Shown here piece by piece: positions 9,676 through 19,651 of a stretch of 61,276 bases of DNA. Where the stretch lies: IMG/VR virus record IMGVR_UViG_3300033067_002048, positions 1-61,276 of that record; one strand, 5' to 3'. Positions within the stretch are counted from its first letter, which is position 1. Every line of letters starts with the position of its first letter. The notes under the pieces are model-generated. The model was not told where the DNA came from. It was given only the letters and a program-made list of their open reading frames with translations, and searched no databases. The stretch is from a virus (lineage: Duplodnaviria > Caudoviricetes). The position numbers and the translations under genes were made by a program.

Positions 9676-10178
9676 GCTTCCGCCCCACTGAATTCGCCGC
9701 GGACCTTGCCAACATCTCGGGCGCCGATGAGACCGCTACTATCGCAGCGTGGCGCGCGGCGTTCTACACCTACGAGCGCCAATGCATCACGGACAACGGC
9801 GTCTCCATCACCGCGAGTGGCGCGGCACACTCGACTGCGCTTGATGCATTCTCGGCGGCGATGGTCGGCTTGTCCGACCTCAGCACCGGGGGCGCGCCAA
9901 AGATTCAAGCGGCCATCATCGCGTTTTGGGACTACATCGCGAACCCGAGTAACATCGGTTTTTATTTCGCTGGCGGTTCTAATATGGTGAAGCCTTCGGG
10001 ACTCACCGGCATTCAAGCAGCCATAGAAGCGACCTATCCGGGGAACCTTGCGATTGATGTGAACTTGCCGATTGCCACGCAACGTTCCATGGCGTGCACG
10101 AATGTCGCAAACGCCATTCACGGTTGCCACTCGGGCGGGACGGTGCGCATCGGCGGCGTGGACAGGGTAATTTCATGA
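9672..10178 (+). CDS. Hypothetical baseplate-region protein
   Basis: Coupled between spike and wedge genes; no recognised motif. Confidence 0.55.
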   Translation: MSFRPTEFAADLANISGADETATIAAWRAAFYTYERQCITDNGVSITASGAAHSTALDAFSAAMVGLSDLSTGGAPKIQAAIIAFWDYIANPSNIGFYFAGGSNMVKPSGLTGIQAAIEATYPGNLAIDVNLPIATQRSMACTNVANAIHGCHSGGTVRIGGVDRVIS

Positions 10179-10558
10179 GTGACATCAAGCTGGACAACAC
10201 GCACGATATTGACGTGACCAACTCGGAGGTCACGCTCGTCTACGACGAAGAGGCTATCACCCAAGAAATCAAAATCGGGATGCGCTTCTTTCAGGGCGAG
10301 TGGTTCTTAGACCAACGCGTGGGCATCCCCTACTTTCAGCGCATCTTCACCGGGGAAAAGACTGATGACATGGCCATTGTTCAGGCCACGTATCGGCGCG
10401 CGCTCTACAGCATCCCCGGGGTGCTCAACGTCGATTACGTCAACGCGAGTTACGACGAAGATTCATCGCTGCGCCGCGTGAACGTGGAGTGGCGCTGCCA
10501 GGTTTCGGGACAGCCGGAGACATTCATTGAGGGCGTGGAAGCGCTCGTGATACCGTAA
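10175..10558 (+). CDS. Baseplate wedge subunit (gp25/DUF2634-like)
   Basis: FQGEWFLD..VGIPYFQ...IPGV motif. Confidence 0.8.
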   Translation: MSDIKLDNTHDIDVTNSEVTLVYDEEAITQEIKIGMRFFQGEWFLDQRVGIPYFQRIFTGEKTDDMAIVQATYRRALYSIPGVLNVDYVNASYDEDSSLRRVNVEWRCQVSGQPETFIEGVEALVIP

Positions 10559-10580
10559 AAACGCGGGTCAGGAAGGGACT

Positions 10581-11732
10581 ATGCCAGGGCTCACGTCCTC
10601 GGGCTTTGAAATCAAGGACTTGGATACCATCCTCACGGAGTGCGAGGCCGAGGAGAAGAACCTCTTGGGTCAATCGCTCAACGTGCGCCCCACCTCCGTG
10701 CCGGGCGTCTTCAACGGCGTCTTTTCGGCGAAGCTTTCCGAGATGTGGGAGGTCACGGAGGAGGTCTACTCGGCGTGGAACCCGGACACCGCCACGGGTG
10801 TATCCCTTGACCAACTCTGCCAAATCACGGGCGTCATCCGGCTCGCGGCAACGCAGAGCACGGTGACGCTCTCGCTCACCGGCACGCCCGGCACGCCCAT
10901 CCCGACCGGGCGCCGAGTTAAAAACGCAAGCACAAATACTTACTGGACGAATCCACTCTCCGGCGTCATCGGTGGCGGCAGCTCCGTGCTCATCGGCTTT
11001 CAAGCCGAAGAGACGGGCCCGAGCATCGGCATTGCCGGGACGCTCACCATCATTGACACGCCGGTCTCAGGCTGGAGCGCGGTCACGAACCCGTCCGATG
11101 CGGTGCTTGGTCGCGATGAAGAAACGGACGCGGACCTCCGCGTGCGCCGCGCCGAGCTGCTCACGGCCGCGGGCAAGGGCACCGTGGACTCCATCCGCGC
11201 GGACGTGCGCAACGTGGACGAGGTCACGGACGTGGAGGTGTACGAAAACACCACGCTCGTCACGGATGTGGACGGGCTCCCGGGCAAGGCGTTTGAGGTG
11301 CTCGTCTCGGGCGGCGACAATGACGCCATCGCCCAAGCGATTTGGGACAGCAAGCCGGCCGGCATCAGCGCGCACGGCTCGGCGAGCGGCATGGCCTATG
11401 ACGCGCTTAGCGCGCAGCGCCCCATGTTCTTCACGCGCCCGACGCTCAAGAACACCTACTTGGCGGTTACTGCCACCACGGGCGTGGGTTTCAGCGGGCT
11501 CACCGCGGACATCGCGCAATCGCTCGTGAGCTTCGGTAACGTCGCCTACGGCATCGGCGATGATGTCGTCCGCCAGCGCTTGCGCGGCGCCACCTTCGTC
11601 GCGGGCGTCATAGACAACACGGGCTTTGCGCTCGACTACTACGCTTCGCCCACGGCCAACTCCAACTTGCCGGTAGGCTCGCGCGAGCGCGCGACCTTCG
11701 ACACCTCGCGCGTATCGGTGACCTTGCTATGA
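10581..11732 (+). CDS. Baseplate J-like protein
   Basis: PDTATGVSLD...G..RLAAT, GRDEETDADLRVR, SKPAGI, FTRP motifs. Confidence 0.9.
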   Translation: MPGLTSSGFEIKDLDTILTECEAEEKNLLGQSLNVRPTSVPGVFNGVFSAKLSEMWEVTEEVYSAWNPDTATGVSLDQLCQITGVIRLAATQSTVTLSLTGTPGTPIPTGRRVKNASTNTYWTNPLSGVIGGGSSVLIGFQAEETGPSIGIAGTLTIIDTPVSGWSAVTNPSDAVLGRDEETDADLRVRRAELLTAAGKGTVDSIRADVRNVDEVTDVEVYENTTLVTDVDGLPGKAFEVLVSGGDNDAIAQAIWDSKPAGISAHGSASGMAYDALSAQRPMFFTRPTLKNTYLAVTATTGVGFSGLTADIAQSLVSFGNVAYGIGDDVVRQRLRGATFVAGVIDNTGFALDYYASPTANSNLPVGSRERATFDTSRVSVTLL

Positions 11733-13219
11733 GCAAGAACCTTGAGCACAACACACAGCACCGCCAGCAAGCGCGAGACCTCGTCATCGAGCAATTCAAG
11801 CGTTCGCAGCGGTTCAATGACTGGCTTGGGGTCTACGTAGACCAAATCCAAGACCTCGAAGATGCGTTGTGGGACCTCTACACGAAGCGCGGTGTGGACA
11901 CGGCCGAGGGCGTCCAGCTCGATGTGCTCGGCGTCATCGTTGGACAGCCGCGCAACGGCCTCAGCGATACGGACTACCGCACGCGCATCAAGGTCCGCAT
12001 CCGTCTTAATCGCGCTAGCGGAATTGCGGACGATATTTACGACGTGTTTGGGCTCATGCTCGGCAACCAAATCGGCGCCGTCTCGCTTCAAGAGGCGTAT
12101 CCGGCCGGGCTCATCGTTCAGATGAACGAGTATGTGGACACGTCGCCCGCGGTGCTCGCGGAGATTTTGCGCGAGGCGCGAGGCGCCGGGATTGACACCA
12201 GCCTCGTGTGGCTCCCGAGCGCGGACGGCATCTTTGAGTGTAGTTCAGACGCAGCGCCCGAGGTGGATAGCCCGGACGAAGGTTTCGCCACGGAGACGTT
12301 CAAGGCTTCCGTGTACAATCACGGGAGCAGCGCACCGGGTGAATACACCTCCATCGCGCATGCTCCATTCTTGAATGTGACGGTTGCGGTGGGCGCGCAA
12401 ATCACCACCTCGTCCAAAATCATGCGCTCCACGGACGGCGGTCAAACGTGGACCGCCATCACGCCGCCGACCGGCGCTTATTGGGTCACGGTGGCGTGGG
12501 CACAAGCTCACAACATGTTCTATGCCTTCGGGCACAACGGCACCGTCATCCGCTCGACCACGGGCGCTTCGTGGTCTGTGGCCGCAACCTTGACCTACGG
12601 CTACACGTCTATGGCGTGCTCGGACGGCGGCTTGCTCGTGGCGACTTACGGAGCAAATCGCACCGCTACATCTACAAACGGGACTTCGTGGAGCGAGAAC
12701 AACACGGGGTTGAACCTCTATCAAGTCGCGTATGCGCCTTATCCACTCAACCGCTTCGTGGCCGTGGGCGCGCCGGGACTCTACTATTCTTCGGACGGCG
12801 TATCATGGACACAAGGCTATGCCGGCCCAGGTTCGGGCACGGGCTGCGTTGCGTGGAACGCCAAGCTCCAGTTGTTCTTTGCGTTCCTCTCCGCCGCAAC
12901 GGGCTCGTTTTACAGCTCGACTGATGGTATCAACTGGGACATCGTTGTGGACGCTACGTCCGAGATTTGGGTAGCCATCGCCGCGTGCGGCAACAAGTTC
13001 TTGGCTCTCACCTATAACGATGCAAGCACAACTATTGCCGTCTTCGACGGGGCGAACCTCAGCACATTCTATGATGCCTCGTTGCAATACGGCTACAGCT
13101 CCATGTGCACGATGGGCGTGGAGCAAGACAAAGCAATCTCACCCACGCTGGGAAACCAGATAGTTGCGGTGTTTGCCGTTCCTTCGGGCGGCCAACTCGC
13201 TGGCGTTTTGGAGGCTTAA
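11729..13219 (+). CDS. Baseplate wedge protein (DUF2612-like) with a beta-propeller region
   Basis: N-terminal DTAEGVQLDVLGVIVGQPR..LSD.DYR; C-terminal Asp-box-like repeats STDGGQTW, STNGTSW, SSDGVSW, STDGINW. Confidence 0.75.
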   Translation: MSKNLEHNTQHRQQARDLVIEQFKRSQRFNDWLGVYVDQIQDLEDALWDLYTKRGVDTAEGVQLDVLGVIVGQPRNGLSDTDYRTRIKVRIRLNRASGIADDIYDVFGLMLGNQIGAVSLQEAYPAGLIVQMNEYVDTSPAVLAEILREARGAGIDTSLVWLPSADGIFECSSDAAPEVDSPDEGFATETFKASVYNHGSSAPGEYTSIAHAPFLNVTVAVGAQITTSSKIMRSTDGGQTWTAITPPTGAYWVTVAWAQAHNMFYAFGHNGTVIRSTTGASWSVAATLTYGYTSMACSDGGLLVATYGANRTATSTNGTSWSENNTGLNLYQVAYAPYPLNRFVAVGAPGLYYSSDGVSWTQGYAGPGSGTGCVAWNAKLQLFFAFLSAATGSFYSSTDGINWDIVVDATSEIWVAIAACGNKFLALTYNDASTTIAVFDGANLSTFYDASLQYGYSSMCTMGVEQDKAISPTLGNQIVAVFAVPSGGQLAGVLEA

Positions 13220-13222
13220 AGC

Positions 13223-14437
13223 ATGAGCGGCGCAGCACCTACAGAAGACCTAACCTGGGCGGAAAGTGCTCCGGGTTACGGCATTGTTGAACCGACCACG
13301 AAGCGCGTGGCCGGTTGGAACCCTGGCGACAAGCCGCCCGCGGAGTGGCTCAATTATTGGATGCGTGGCGTGGGACGCATGCGCGTCTACTACGGCAACA
13401 AGAACGTGGCGGGCGGCATCGTCGGTTTGCATGACACGAACGTCTCCGCCGCGTGGGCGGCGACCGCCGCGAGCGCGAACGCCCTCTCCGTCACCGGTCA
13501 CGGTACGGGCGCGGGCGTGGTCGGCGCGGGCGGTGCCTCGGGCTCGGGCGTGGTCGGCAGCACGACGGCGGGCAGCGCCGCGAGCGCCGCGGGCGGTTTC
13601 TTTACGGCATCAGGCGGGTCCCATGGACGCGCGGTATGGGCCATCGCTGGTGCTGGCGCGAGCGGCACGGGTGTCTTTGCGACGGCGCCGAGCGGCACCG
13701 GTCAAGCTATTTGGGCTGTGGGTGTCTCCAACTCCAATGCCATTTGGGCGCAGGGTCCGGCAAGCGGCGTAGCACTGCTTGCGGAAGGCGCCGGCTCTTA
13801 CACGCTGGACGTGCGCAACAACCGCGCTGCGCTCTCGGGCGTCATCGCGCGCTTCCTCTACACGGGCGCGAGCGCCGCGGCCACGGGTACGTTCACCAGC
13901 GTCACCGCTTCGGCGAGTGGTGTGGGCGGCGTCTTCGAGGGCGCAACGGCCGCGGGTACGGGCGTTGTGGCTTCGGGCTTCATCGGTATGTCTCTCTCCG
14001 GCGCCGCCGCGGCTTCAAGCCGCGGTTTGACCATCAGCACGGGCGCCGCAGCGGGCGCGTTTGGTGCGGTCATCTCGGCGGCGTCCGCCGCATCCGGTGC
14101 GTTGCAGCTCACCCAGTCCTTCGGCGGCTCCAACACGAGCTATGGTCTCTACATCAACACGAGCGGCGGCAGCTCCAACGGCCGCGCGCTCTACATCGGT
14201 GACAACAACAACGCGCCCGCGGCGCAGATTGACGCCTTCGGTTCAGGCGCGGCGGCCGTGGTCATCACCCACTCCGGCACGCTCAACGGCGGTGTGCCGC
14301 TGCGTCTTACGCCGAAGGCCACAACGGCGGCGACCTCCAGCTACACGCCGGTTGCCGGCGACTTCTACATTGACTCCACCACGAACGCCATCCGCTACTA
14401 CGTGGGCGGCGCGTGGCGTTCACTGACCGGCGCGTAA
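13223..14437 (+). CDS. Tail fibre protein
   Basis: N-terminal W...P......GW.PGDKPPAEWLNYW baseplate-attachment motif; Gly/Ala/Ser-rich repetitive body. Confidence 0.8.
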   Translation: MSGAAPTEDLTWAESAPGYGIVEPTTKRVAGWNPGDKPPAEWLNYWMRGVGRMRVYYGNKNVAGGIVGLHDTNVSAAWAATAASANALSVTGHGTGAGVVGAGGASGSGVVGSTTAGSAASAAGGFFTASGGSHGRAVWAIAGAGASGTGVFATAPSGTGQAIWAVGVSNSNAIWAQGPASGVALLAEGAGSYTLDVRNNRAALSGVIARFLYTGASAAATGTFTSVTASASGVGGVFEGATAAGTGVVASGFIGMSLSGAAAASSRGLTISTGAAAGAFGAVISAASAASGALQLTQSFGGSNTSYGLYINTSGGSSNGRALYIGDNNNAPAAQIDAFGSGAAAVVITHSGTLNGGVPLRLTPKATTAATSSYTPVAGDFYIDSTTNAIRYYVGGAWRSLTGA

Positions 14438-14466
14438 GGGAGGTCCGTTTGTCGTCTACCAATGGC

Positions 14467-14844
14467 ATGTCCGAGCCCGCGGAATTTGACATCGTCATCA
14501 AGAAGGGTGCGGAATTTGAACTTCCGTTTCTCCTCGAAGACGCGAGCGGGCCGATGAACCTCTCCACGTGGAGCTTCAAGTCCCAAGTGCGTGACCCGAA
14601 CGGCGTGCTCTTGCTGGAGCTGTACGTGGTCAACGTCAATTTGGCCGCGGGCTCGGGCAAGCTCTACGCGAGCGCGAGCGCTACGGCCGCCATCACCGCC
14701 GCGCTCACGGACCCGCGTAACCCGGCGCGGTTTGCGGTCGGCAACTGGGACTTTTTCGGCGGCCCCGCGGCGGCCACGGCGACCGAGGACAATTGCTACA
14801 TGCAAGGCGCCGCCAAAATTTATCCACGCTACAGCGTCCGCTAA
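14467..14844 (+). CDS. BppU-like / fibre-associated protein
   Basis: DIVIKKGAEF...P.NLSTW...SQVR...WD...QG pattern of phage fibre adaptors. Confidence 0.55.
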   Translation: MSEPAEFDIVIKKGAEFELPFLLEDASGPMNLSTWSFKSQVRDPNGVLLLELYVVNVNLAAGSGKLYASASATAAITAALTDPRNPARFAVGNWDFFGGPAAATATEDNCYMQGAAKIYPRYSVR

Positions 14845-14853
14845 GGAGAGCAC

Positions 14854-15405
14854 ATGGGAGTGAGACTCACGATTTCACCTGTGACCGTTGTGGTCCAGGT
14901 GAACACGGGCGGAGGAGGTGGCGGAGACCCCGTCACCTTCGAGACGGTGCGGGATGCGCTCGCGCAAGCGGATACGCCGGTAGACTTCAACGGCGAAGAG
15001 TTGACGAGCTTGGCGGACCCCACGGGACCGCAGAGTGCCGCGACGCGCGCTTACGTGGATGCCAACGCTTCGGGCGTAGGCTCGCGCATCGAGCTGGACG
15101 ATGACATCGCGCTCACGAACGTCTCGCGCGGCAACACCTACGTAGCGACGGCCGCGGAGCAAGTGACCGCGACGCTTCCGGCAAGCAACACCATCGGCGC
15201 GGGTGTGCGCTGGGTCAACCGCTTCGTGGCAAGCTCGGACGGGCTTGTGGTGCTCGCGCAAGGTGGGGATTCACTGCTCTACTACGGCGCGAGCGGCGCC
15301 GGGCTCACGAGCATCAACGCGGGCGACTCGATAGATATTGAGTATATCGGTAACGGCACCTACAACGTTGTGGGAGTCGTCGGACAAGGATGGGTGTTCC
15401 CATGA
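14854..15405 (+). CDS. Fibre-associated hypothetical protein
   Basis: AGGAG RBS; LADPT.PQSAATRAYVD fibre motif and a VTATLPA module. Confidence 0.6.
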   Translation: MGVRLTISPVTVVVQVNTGGGGGGDPVTFETVRDALAQADTPVDFNGEELTSLADPTGPQSAATRAYVDANASGVGSRIELDDDIALTNVSRGNTYVATAAEQVTATLPASNTIGAGVRWVNRFVASSDGLVVLAQGGDSLLYYGASGAGLTSINAGDSIDIEYIGNGTYNVVGVVGQGWVFP

Positions 15406-18400
15406 TGAAACGTTTTTATCCGCTTGCGCTTTTCGCTCTCTTGGTCGTGCTCGCTGGCGCGACCAAGATTGCTTCGCTTCCTCCGTTTGACGATGCCACG
15501 GACATTGGCAAGGGCGCCGTCATCGGACCGAGCGGTAACGTTGCGTGGCGCCGACCCATCTCGCGCATCAGCAAGACCGGCACTGTCACGCTCACACCGC
15601 AAGAGAGCGGCTCGCAAATCGCGCTGGATACGGCCACGGTTACGTTGCCCGACTGCGACGGAACGAACGGACTTTGGTTCGTGTTTTCGTGCTCCACCCT
15701 ACCGAGCGCGGTGCGTGCGAACACGGGTGACTTGATTCAGCTCGGTCACATCTACTTGGCTGCGCCCAAAACACTCGTGTGTATGGAGGACGATGCAGTC
15801 CTCCAGCTCTACTGCTCGGGCACCTATTCGGGTTTTGGGAGCTGGCACGTCATTGCCTACAGCGAAGTTTTCGGCTCGTCCGAAACGGGTGTGGTTGCGC
15901 CCACGGGTGTGGACACCGTCTACCCCACCATCAACTACTTCGACAAAAGCACACCAGACTATTCTTCGGTCCCGCTCAATGACAGCACCTTCGGCGTATT
16001 GTGGTGGGACCGTGGCTACACTTGGTATGGAGACTGGGTTGCCGGCATCTACTTGCGAAACAGCATCGTAGAACACGGAGGGCAGCTCTATCGCTCTACC
16101 GCAACGTTCACGACGCAAGAGCCACCGGACACGGAGTGGACCACGTTTGACATCGGCGGCGCTGGCTCGCCGGGACCTACGGGACCGACTGGCGCCGCGG
16201 GCGCGCCCGGTGCGACGGGACCGACCGGAGCAAACGGGGCGGCCGGTGCCACTGGTGCAACCGGGCCGGGCTTCTCCGATGGCGATAAGGGCGACATCAC
16301 GGTCAGCTCCGGCGCCACGGTGCTCACCATCGATAACGACGCGGTCACCTATGCCAAGATTCAAAACGTCTCGACTACTGACCGATTGCTTGGGCGTTTC
16401 AGCACGGGCGCGGGTGACATCGAGGAATTGACGTGCTCGGACTTCATGCAAGGCATGCTCGATGATGCCGACGCGAGCACCGCGCGGACCACGCTCGGGC
16501 TTGTCATCGGGACAAACGTACAAGCCTACGATGCCGAGCTTGCAGCCTTGGCTAGCACCACGAGCGCGGCGGACGCGGTGCCCTACTTCACCGGCTCCGG
16601 TACGGCTTCCACTCTCACATGCACGAGCGCGGCGCGAACGGTACTCGATGACACGACGGTCGCGGCGATGGTCAACACCCTCGGCGGGGCCACGAGCACG
16701 GGCACGGGCGGCCTTGTGCGCTCGACCGCGCCGACCTTCACCGGAACCGTGACCATCAACTCCACGAGCGTCACTGGTTTGAGCATCGTTGCCAACGCCG
16801 CAAGCGGTAACGCGGTCTCTGCCGAGGCGTGGGGTAGTGCCGCAGCGGTTGAAGGCAATAACACGGGCACCGGTTACGGAATACTCGCGCGCGCCGGCAA
16901 CGTTGCTCGTGCACCGTTGCGCATCGTGCCGATGTCTGAGCCCACGAGCGTCTCTCCACAGATGGGCGAGGTCTATGTCACGAGCGGTCCTACGGGCGGG
17001 ACTGGTATCCTCTACGTGCGCGATGGCTCGGCGTGGACGCGCGTCGGCAACCAAGCGGACTCGCTCGCGGCGAGCGTCATCACGAGCGGCACGATGGCCA
17101 CAGCCCGGCTCGGCTCGGGCACGGCGGACAACACCACGTGTCTCTACGGTGACCAAACCTACAAGACGTGTGGTTCAGGCACCCAAGGTCCGACCGGCCC
17201 CACGGGCCCGGCCGGTGCCGGACTCTCAGACGGTGACAAGGGCGACATCACGGTCAGCTCTTCGGGCACCGTGTGGGACATTGACGCGAACGTCGTGGGC
17301 AATGCTGAGCTTCGGCAAGGTGGCGCCACGAGCGTCATCGGTCGCAGCGCAAACAGCACCGGCAACGTGGCGGACATCTCCGCCTCTTCGGACGGTGATG
17401 TCCTCAGACATGCAAGCGGTATTATTTCTTTCGGCACGCTGGCGACGGCGAGCTACGCCAATGACTCCGTAACCTACGCGAAGCTCCAGAACGTGAGCGC
17501 CACGGACCGCTTGCTCGGGCGTGTATCGAGCGGCGCGGGTGATGCCGAAGAGCTGGTGTGCACGGACCTCGCGCAATCGCTTCTTGACGATGCGACCACG
17601 AACGACATGCAAACGACGCTCGGGCTCGTCATCGGTACGAACGTTCAAGCGTATGACGCTGAGCTGGCGGCGCTCGCGAGCACCACAAGCGCGGCGGATG
17701 CAGTGCCTTACTTTACCGGCTCCGGGACGGCGTCCACACTCACTTGCACGAGCACCGCACGCAACTTGCTGGACGATACGAGCACGGGTGCGATGCGCAC
17801 GACCTTGGGCGTGGCCATTGGCTCGGACGTGCAAGCCTATGACGCCGAGCTGGCGGCCATCGCCGGACTCACGAGCGCCGCGGACTCCTTCCCGTACTTC
17901 ACGGGCTCGGGCACGGCGGCGTTGGCGACCATCACGAGTGCCGCGCGCGGTGTGCTCGATGAGAGCAGCACGGCGAACATGCGCACGGCGATGGGCGTTG
18001 CCATTGGAACGGACGTACAAGCCTACGATGCCGAGCTTGCAGCGCTCGCGGGCACGACCTCCGCCGCAGACGCGGTACCTTACTTCACTGGCTCCGGCAC
18101 CGCTTCCACGCTCACATGCACGAGCGCTGCGCGTACCGTCTTGGACGACACGACCGTGGCCAACATGGTCAACACCCTCGGCGGCGCCACAAGCACGGGC
18201 ACGGGCGGGCTTGTCCGTATCGACGGCGCGAGCCTCACCGGCACCGTAGGCATTTCAGGCTCGCTCGGCATTACGGGACCGGCGTGGAGCCGGCAACCAT
18301 CCACGGTCACAACGGGCGGCACCACCTTCACGTGTGACTTCGCGCTCGCTAATGAATGCGTGTTTGACGCGCAAGGCAGCTCGGGCAACCTCACTGCGAC

Positions 18401-18605
18401 GTTCAGCAATCCGCAAGCCGGCGCGTCCTACGTCATCAAGCTCGTTCAGGGCTCCAGCGCACGCACGTACACATGGCCCGGTACCGCGAAATGGCCGGGC
18501 GGTACGGCACCCACGGTGACCGCGACCAATGACGCGGTGGATGTCATCTCGTGCTACTACGACGGGACTAACTACCTCTGCTCCTTCATTTTGGATGTCC
18601 GATGA
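15402..18605 (+). CDS. Long repetitive tail-fibre-like protein with collagen-like segments and an N-terminal signal peptide
   Basis: G-X-Y runs, two SDGDKGDITVSS modules, four VQAYDAELAA..TSAAD..PYFTGSGTA repeats, C-terminal WP...KWPGGTAP...DVIS domain; starts MMKRFYPLALFALLVVLAGA. Confidence 0.75.
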   Translation: MMKRFYPLALFALLVVLAGATKIASLPPFDDATDIGKGAVIGPSGNVAWRRPISRISKTGTVTLTPQESGSQIALDTATVTLPDCDGTNGLWFVFSCSTLPSAVRANTGDLIQLGHIYLAAPKTLVCMEDDAVLQLYCSGTYSGFGSWHVIAYSEVFGSSETGVVAPTGVDTVYPTINYFDKSTPDYSSVPLNDSTFGVLWWDRGYTWYGDWVAGIYLRNSIVEHGGQLYRSTATFTTQEPPDTEWTTFDIGGAGSPGPTGPTGAAGAPGATGPTGANGAAGATGATGPGFSDGDKGDITVSSGATVLTIDNDAVTYAKIQNVSTTDRLLGRFSTGAGDIEELTCSDFMQGMLDDADASTARTTLGLVIGTNVQAYDAELAALASTTSAADAVPYFTGSGTASTLTCTSAARTVLDDTTVAAMVNTLGGATSTGTGGLVRSTAPTFTGTVTINSTSVTGLSIVANAASGNAVSAEAWGSAAAVEGNNTGTGYGILARAGNVARAPLRIVPMSEPTSVSPQMGEVYVTSGPTGGTGILYVRDGSAWTRVGNQADSLAASVITSGTMATARLGSGTADNTTCLYGDQTYKTCGSGTQGPTGPTGPAGAGLSDGDKGDITVSSSGTVWDIDANVVGNAELRQGGATSVIGRSANSTGNVADISASSDGDVLRHASGIISFGTLATASYANDSVTYAKLQNVSATDRLLGRVSSGAGDAEELVCTDLAQSLLDDATTNDMQTTLGLVIGTNVQAYDAELAALASTTSAADAVPYFTGSGTASTLTCTSTARNLLDDTSTGAMRTTLGVAIGSDVQAYDAELAAIAGLTSAADSFPYFTGSGTAALATITSAARGVLDESSTANMRTAMGVAIGTDVQAYDAELAALAGTTSAADAVPYFTGSGTASTLTCTSAARTVLDDTTVANMVNTLGGATSTGTGGLVRIDGASLTGTVGISGSLGITGPAWSRQPSTVTTGGTTFTCDFALANECVFDAQGSSGNLTATFSNPQAGASYVIKLVQGSSARTYTWPGTAKWPGGTAPTVTATNDAVDVISCYYDGTNYLCSFILDVR
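16490..18215 (+). repeat. Four copies of a 62-codon fibre repeat
   Basis: CAAGCNTAYGAYGCNGAG at about 16521, 17646, 17832 and 18018; the last three are 186 nt apart. Confidence 0.85.
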
Positions 18606-19426
18606 TTCGTGCACGCTTCGCCATCGTTCTTGCTGCGCTGCTTTCGCTCGGCTTCAACCACCACGTTCGCGTCACCATCAAAACGAGCGGTGCGCCCCCG
18701 CCAAGCTGGAGCAACACCAAATCGTGCAAATACGCCGGCACCGCGACGGGTACAGCCGGCCGCACGAATTGGGGTCAGCCCGCGGCGTGGTGTACGAACC
18801 CGAGCACGAACGCCTACAGCTTTTCGTTTTGGTTTCGCGCCAACACGGGCGGCAGCGAAAACGTAGACGGCGCTCTCCTCACTTCGGCGGACCAAAGCAG
18901 CAACTCCCACATGCGCACGGGTTTCTCCGGGACCGCCATCAACAACATCTACGCGGGTGGTAACTTCGTCTCGGGCACGTGCACCGGCATGACCTCGGGC
19001 ACGTGGTATCTCGTCACCTACGTCTTCACGGGCACGGGGCAGATGAACCTCTACGTGGGTAACAGCTCCACCGCGTGCGTGACCCAGAACCCCGTAGGCA
19101 CGGATACATGCACTCGCGATTTTATTTTCAACACGTTGCGCTCCACGACGAACGCGGACACCGCGTTTGGGGAATGGGGCACTCCAAATTTGGACGAATT
19201 CACGGTGTGGAACACGGCCTTGACGGGCACGGACCATGTGAATTTGCAGAGCAGCGGGCATGCGGTGGACCCCACGACGCACGCAAAGGCCGCGAACCTC
19301 ATCAACTATTACCGATGCGGGGATGACCCGACCGATAGCAGCACGCTCCTCAATGACCAAATCGGCACCGTTGACGGGACTCACTCGGGCTCGGACGGCG
19401 TCACGTATCCTTCCGCCGTTCCCTAG
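18602..19426 (+). CDS. LamG/concanavalin A-like lectin domain protein with a signal-like N-terminus
   Basis: YSFSFWF, GTWYLVTYVF, NLYVG, LDEFTVWNTALT, LINYYR motifs; starts MIRARFAIVLAALLSLG. Confidence 0.75.
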   Translation: MIRARFAIVLAALLSLGFNHHVRVTIKTSGAPPPSWSNTKSCKYAGTATGTAGRTNWGQPAAWCTNPSTNAYSFSFWFRANTGGSENVDGALLTSADQSSNSHMRTGFSGTAINNIYAGGNFVSGTCTGMTSGTWYLVTYVFTGTGQMNLYVGNSSTACVTQNPVGTDTCTRDFIFNTLRSTTNADTAFGEWGTPNLDEFTVWNTALTGTDHVNLQSSGHAVDPTTHAKAANLINYYRCGDDPTDSSTLLNDQIGTVDGTHSGSDGVTYPSAVP

Positions 19427-19435
19427 GAGACCTAG

Positions 19436-19651
19436 ATGTCGCAATACACCGAAGCAATCGCAGAGCTTAACGATGACTTGGTAGCCATCGAATTGAAGGT
19501 GGTGGCCTTGCGCGCCAAGTATGACGGCGTGGAGAAGCGGGACGCCGCATTCATCGGCGTGCTAGACGAAATCACAGCCGCTTTTGAGTCCCTCAAGTCC
19601 TGTATGGGACGCATTGACCTGGCCGCTGGCCAAGCACGGAGCAAAAAGTGA
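19436..19651 (+). CDS. Small coiled-coil hypothetical protein
   Basis: AGGAG RBS; 71 aa. Confidence 0.55.
   Translation: MSQYTEAIAELNDDLVAIELKVVALRAKYDGVEKRDAAFIGVLDEITAAFESLKSCMGRIDLAAGQARSKK

Noticed and set aside
16490-18215. Diversity-generating retroelement template/variable repeats
   Set aside because: The repeats are in-frame protein repeats with mostly synonymous differences, and there is no reverse transcriptase.
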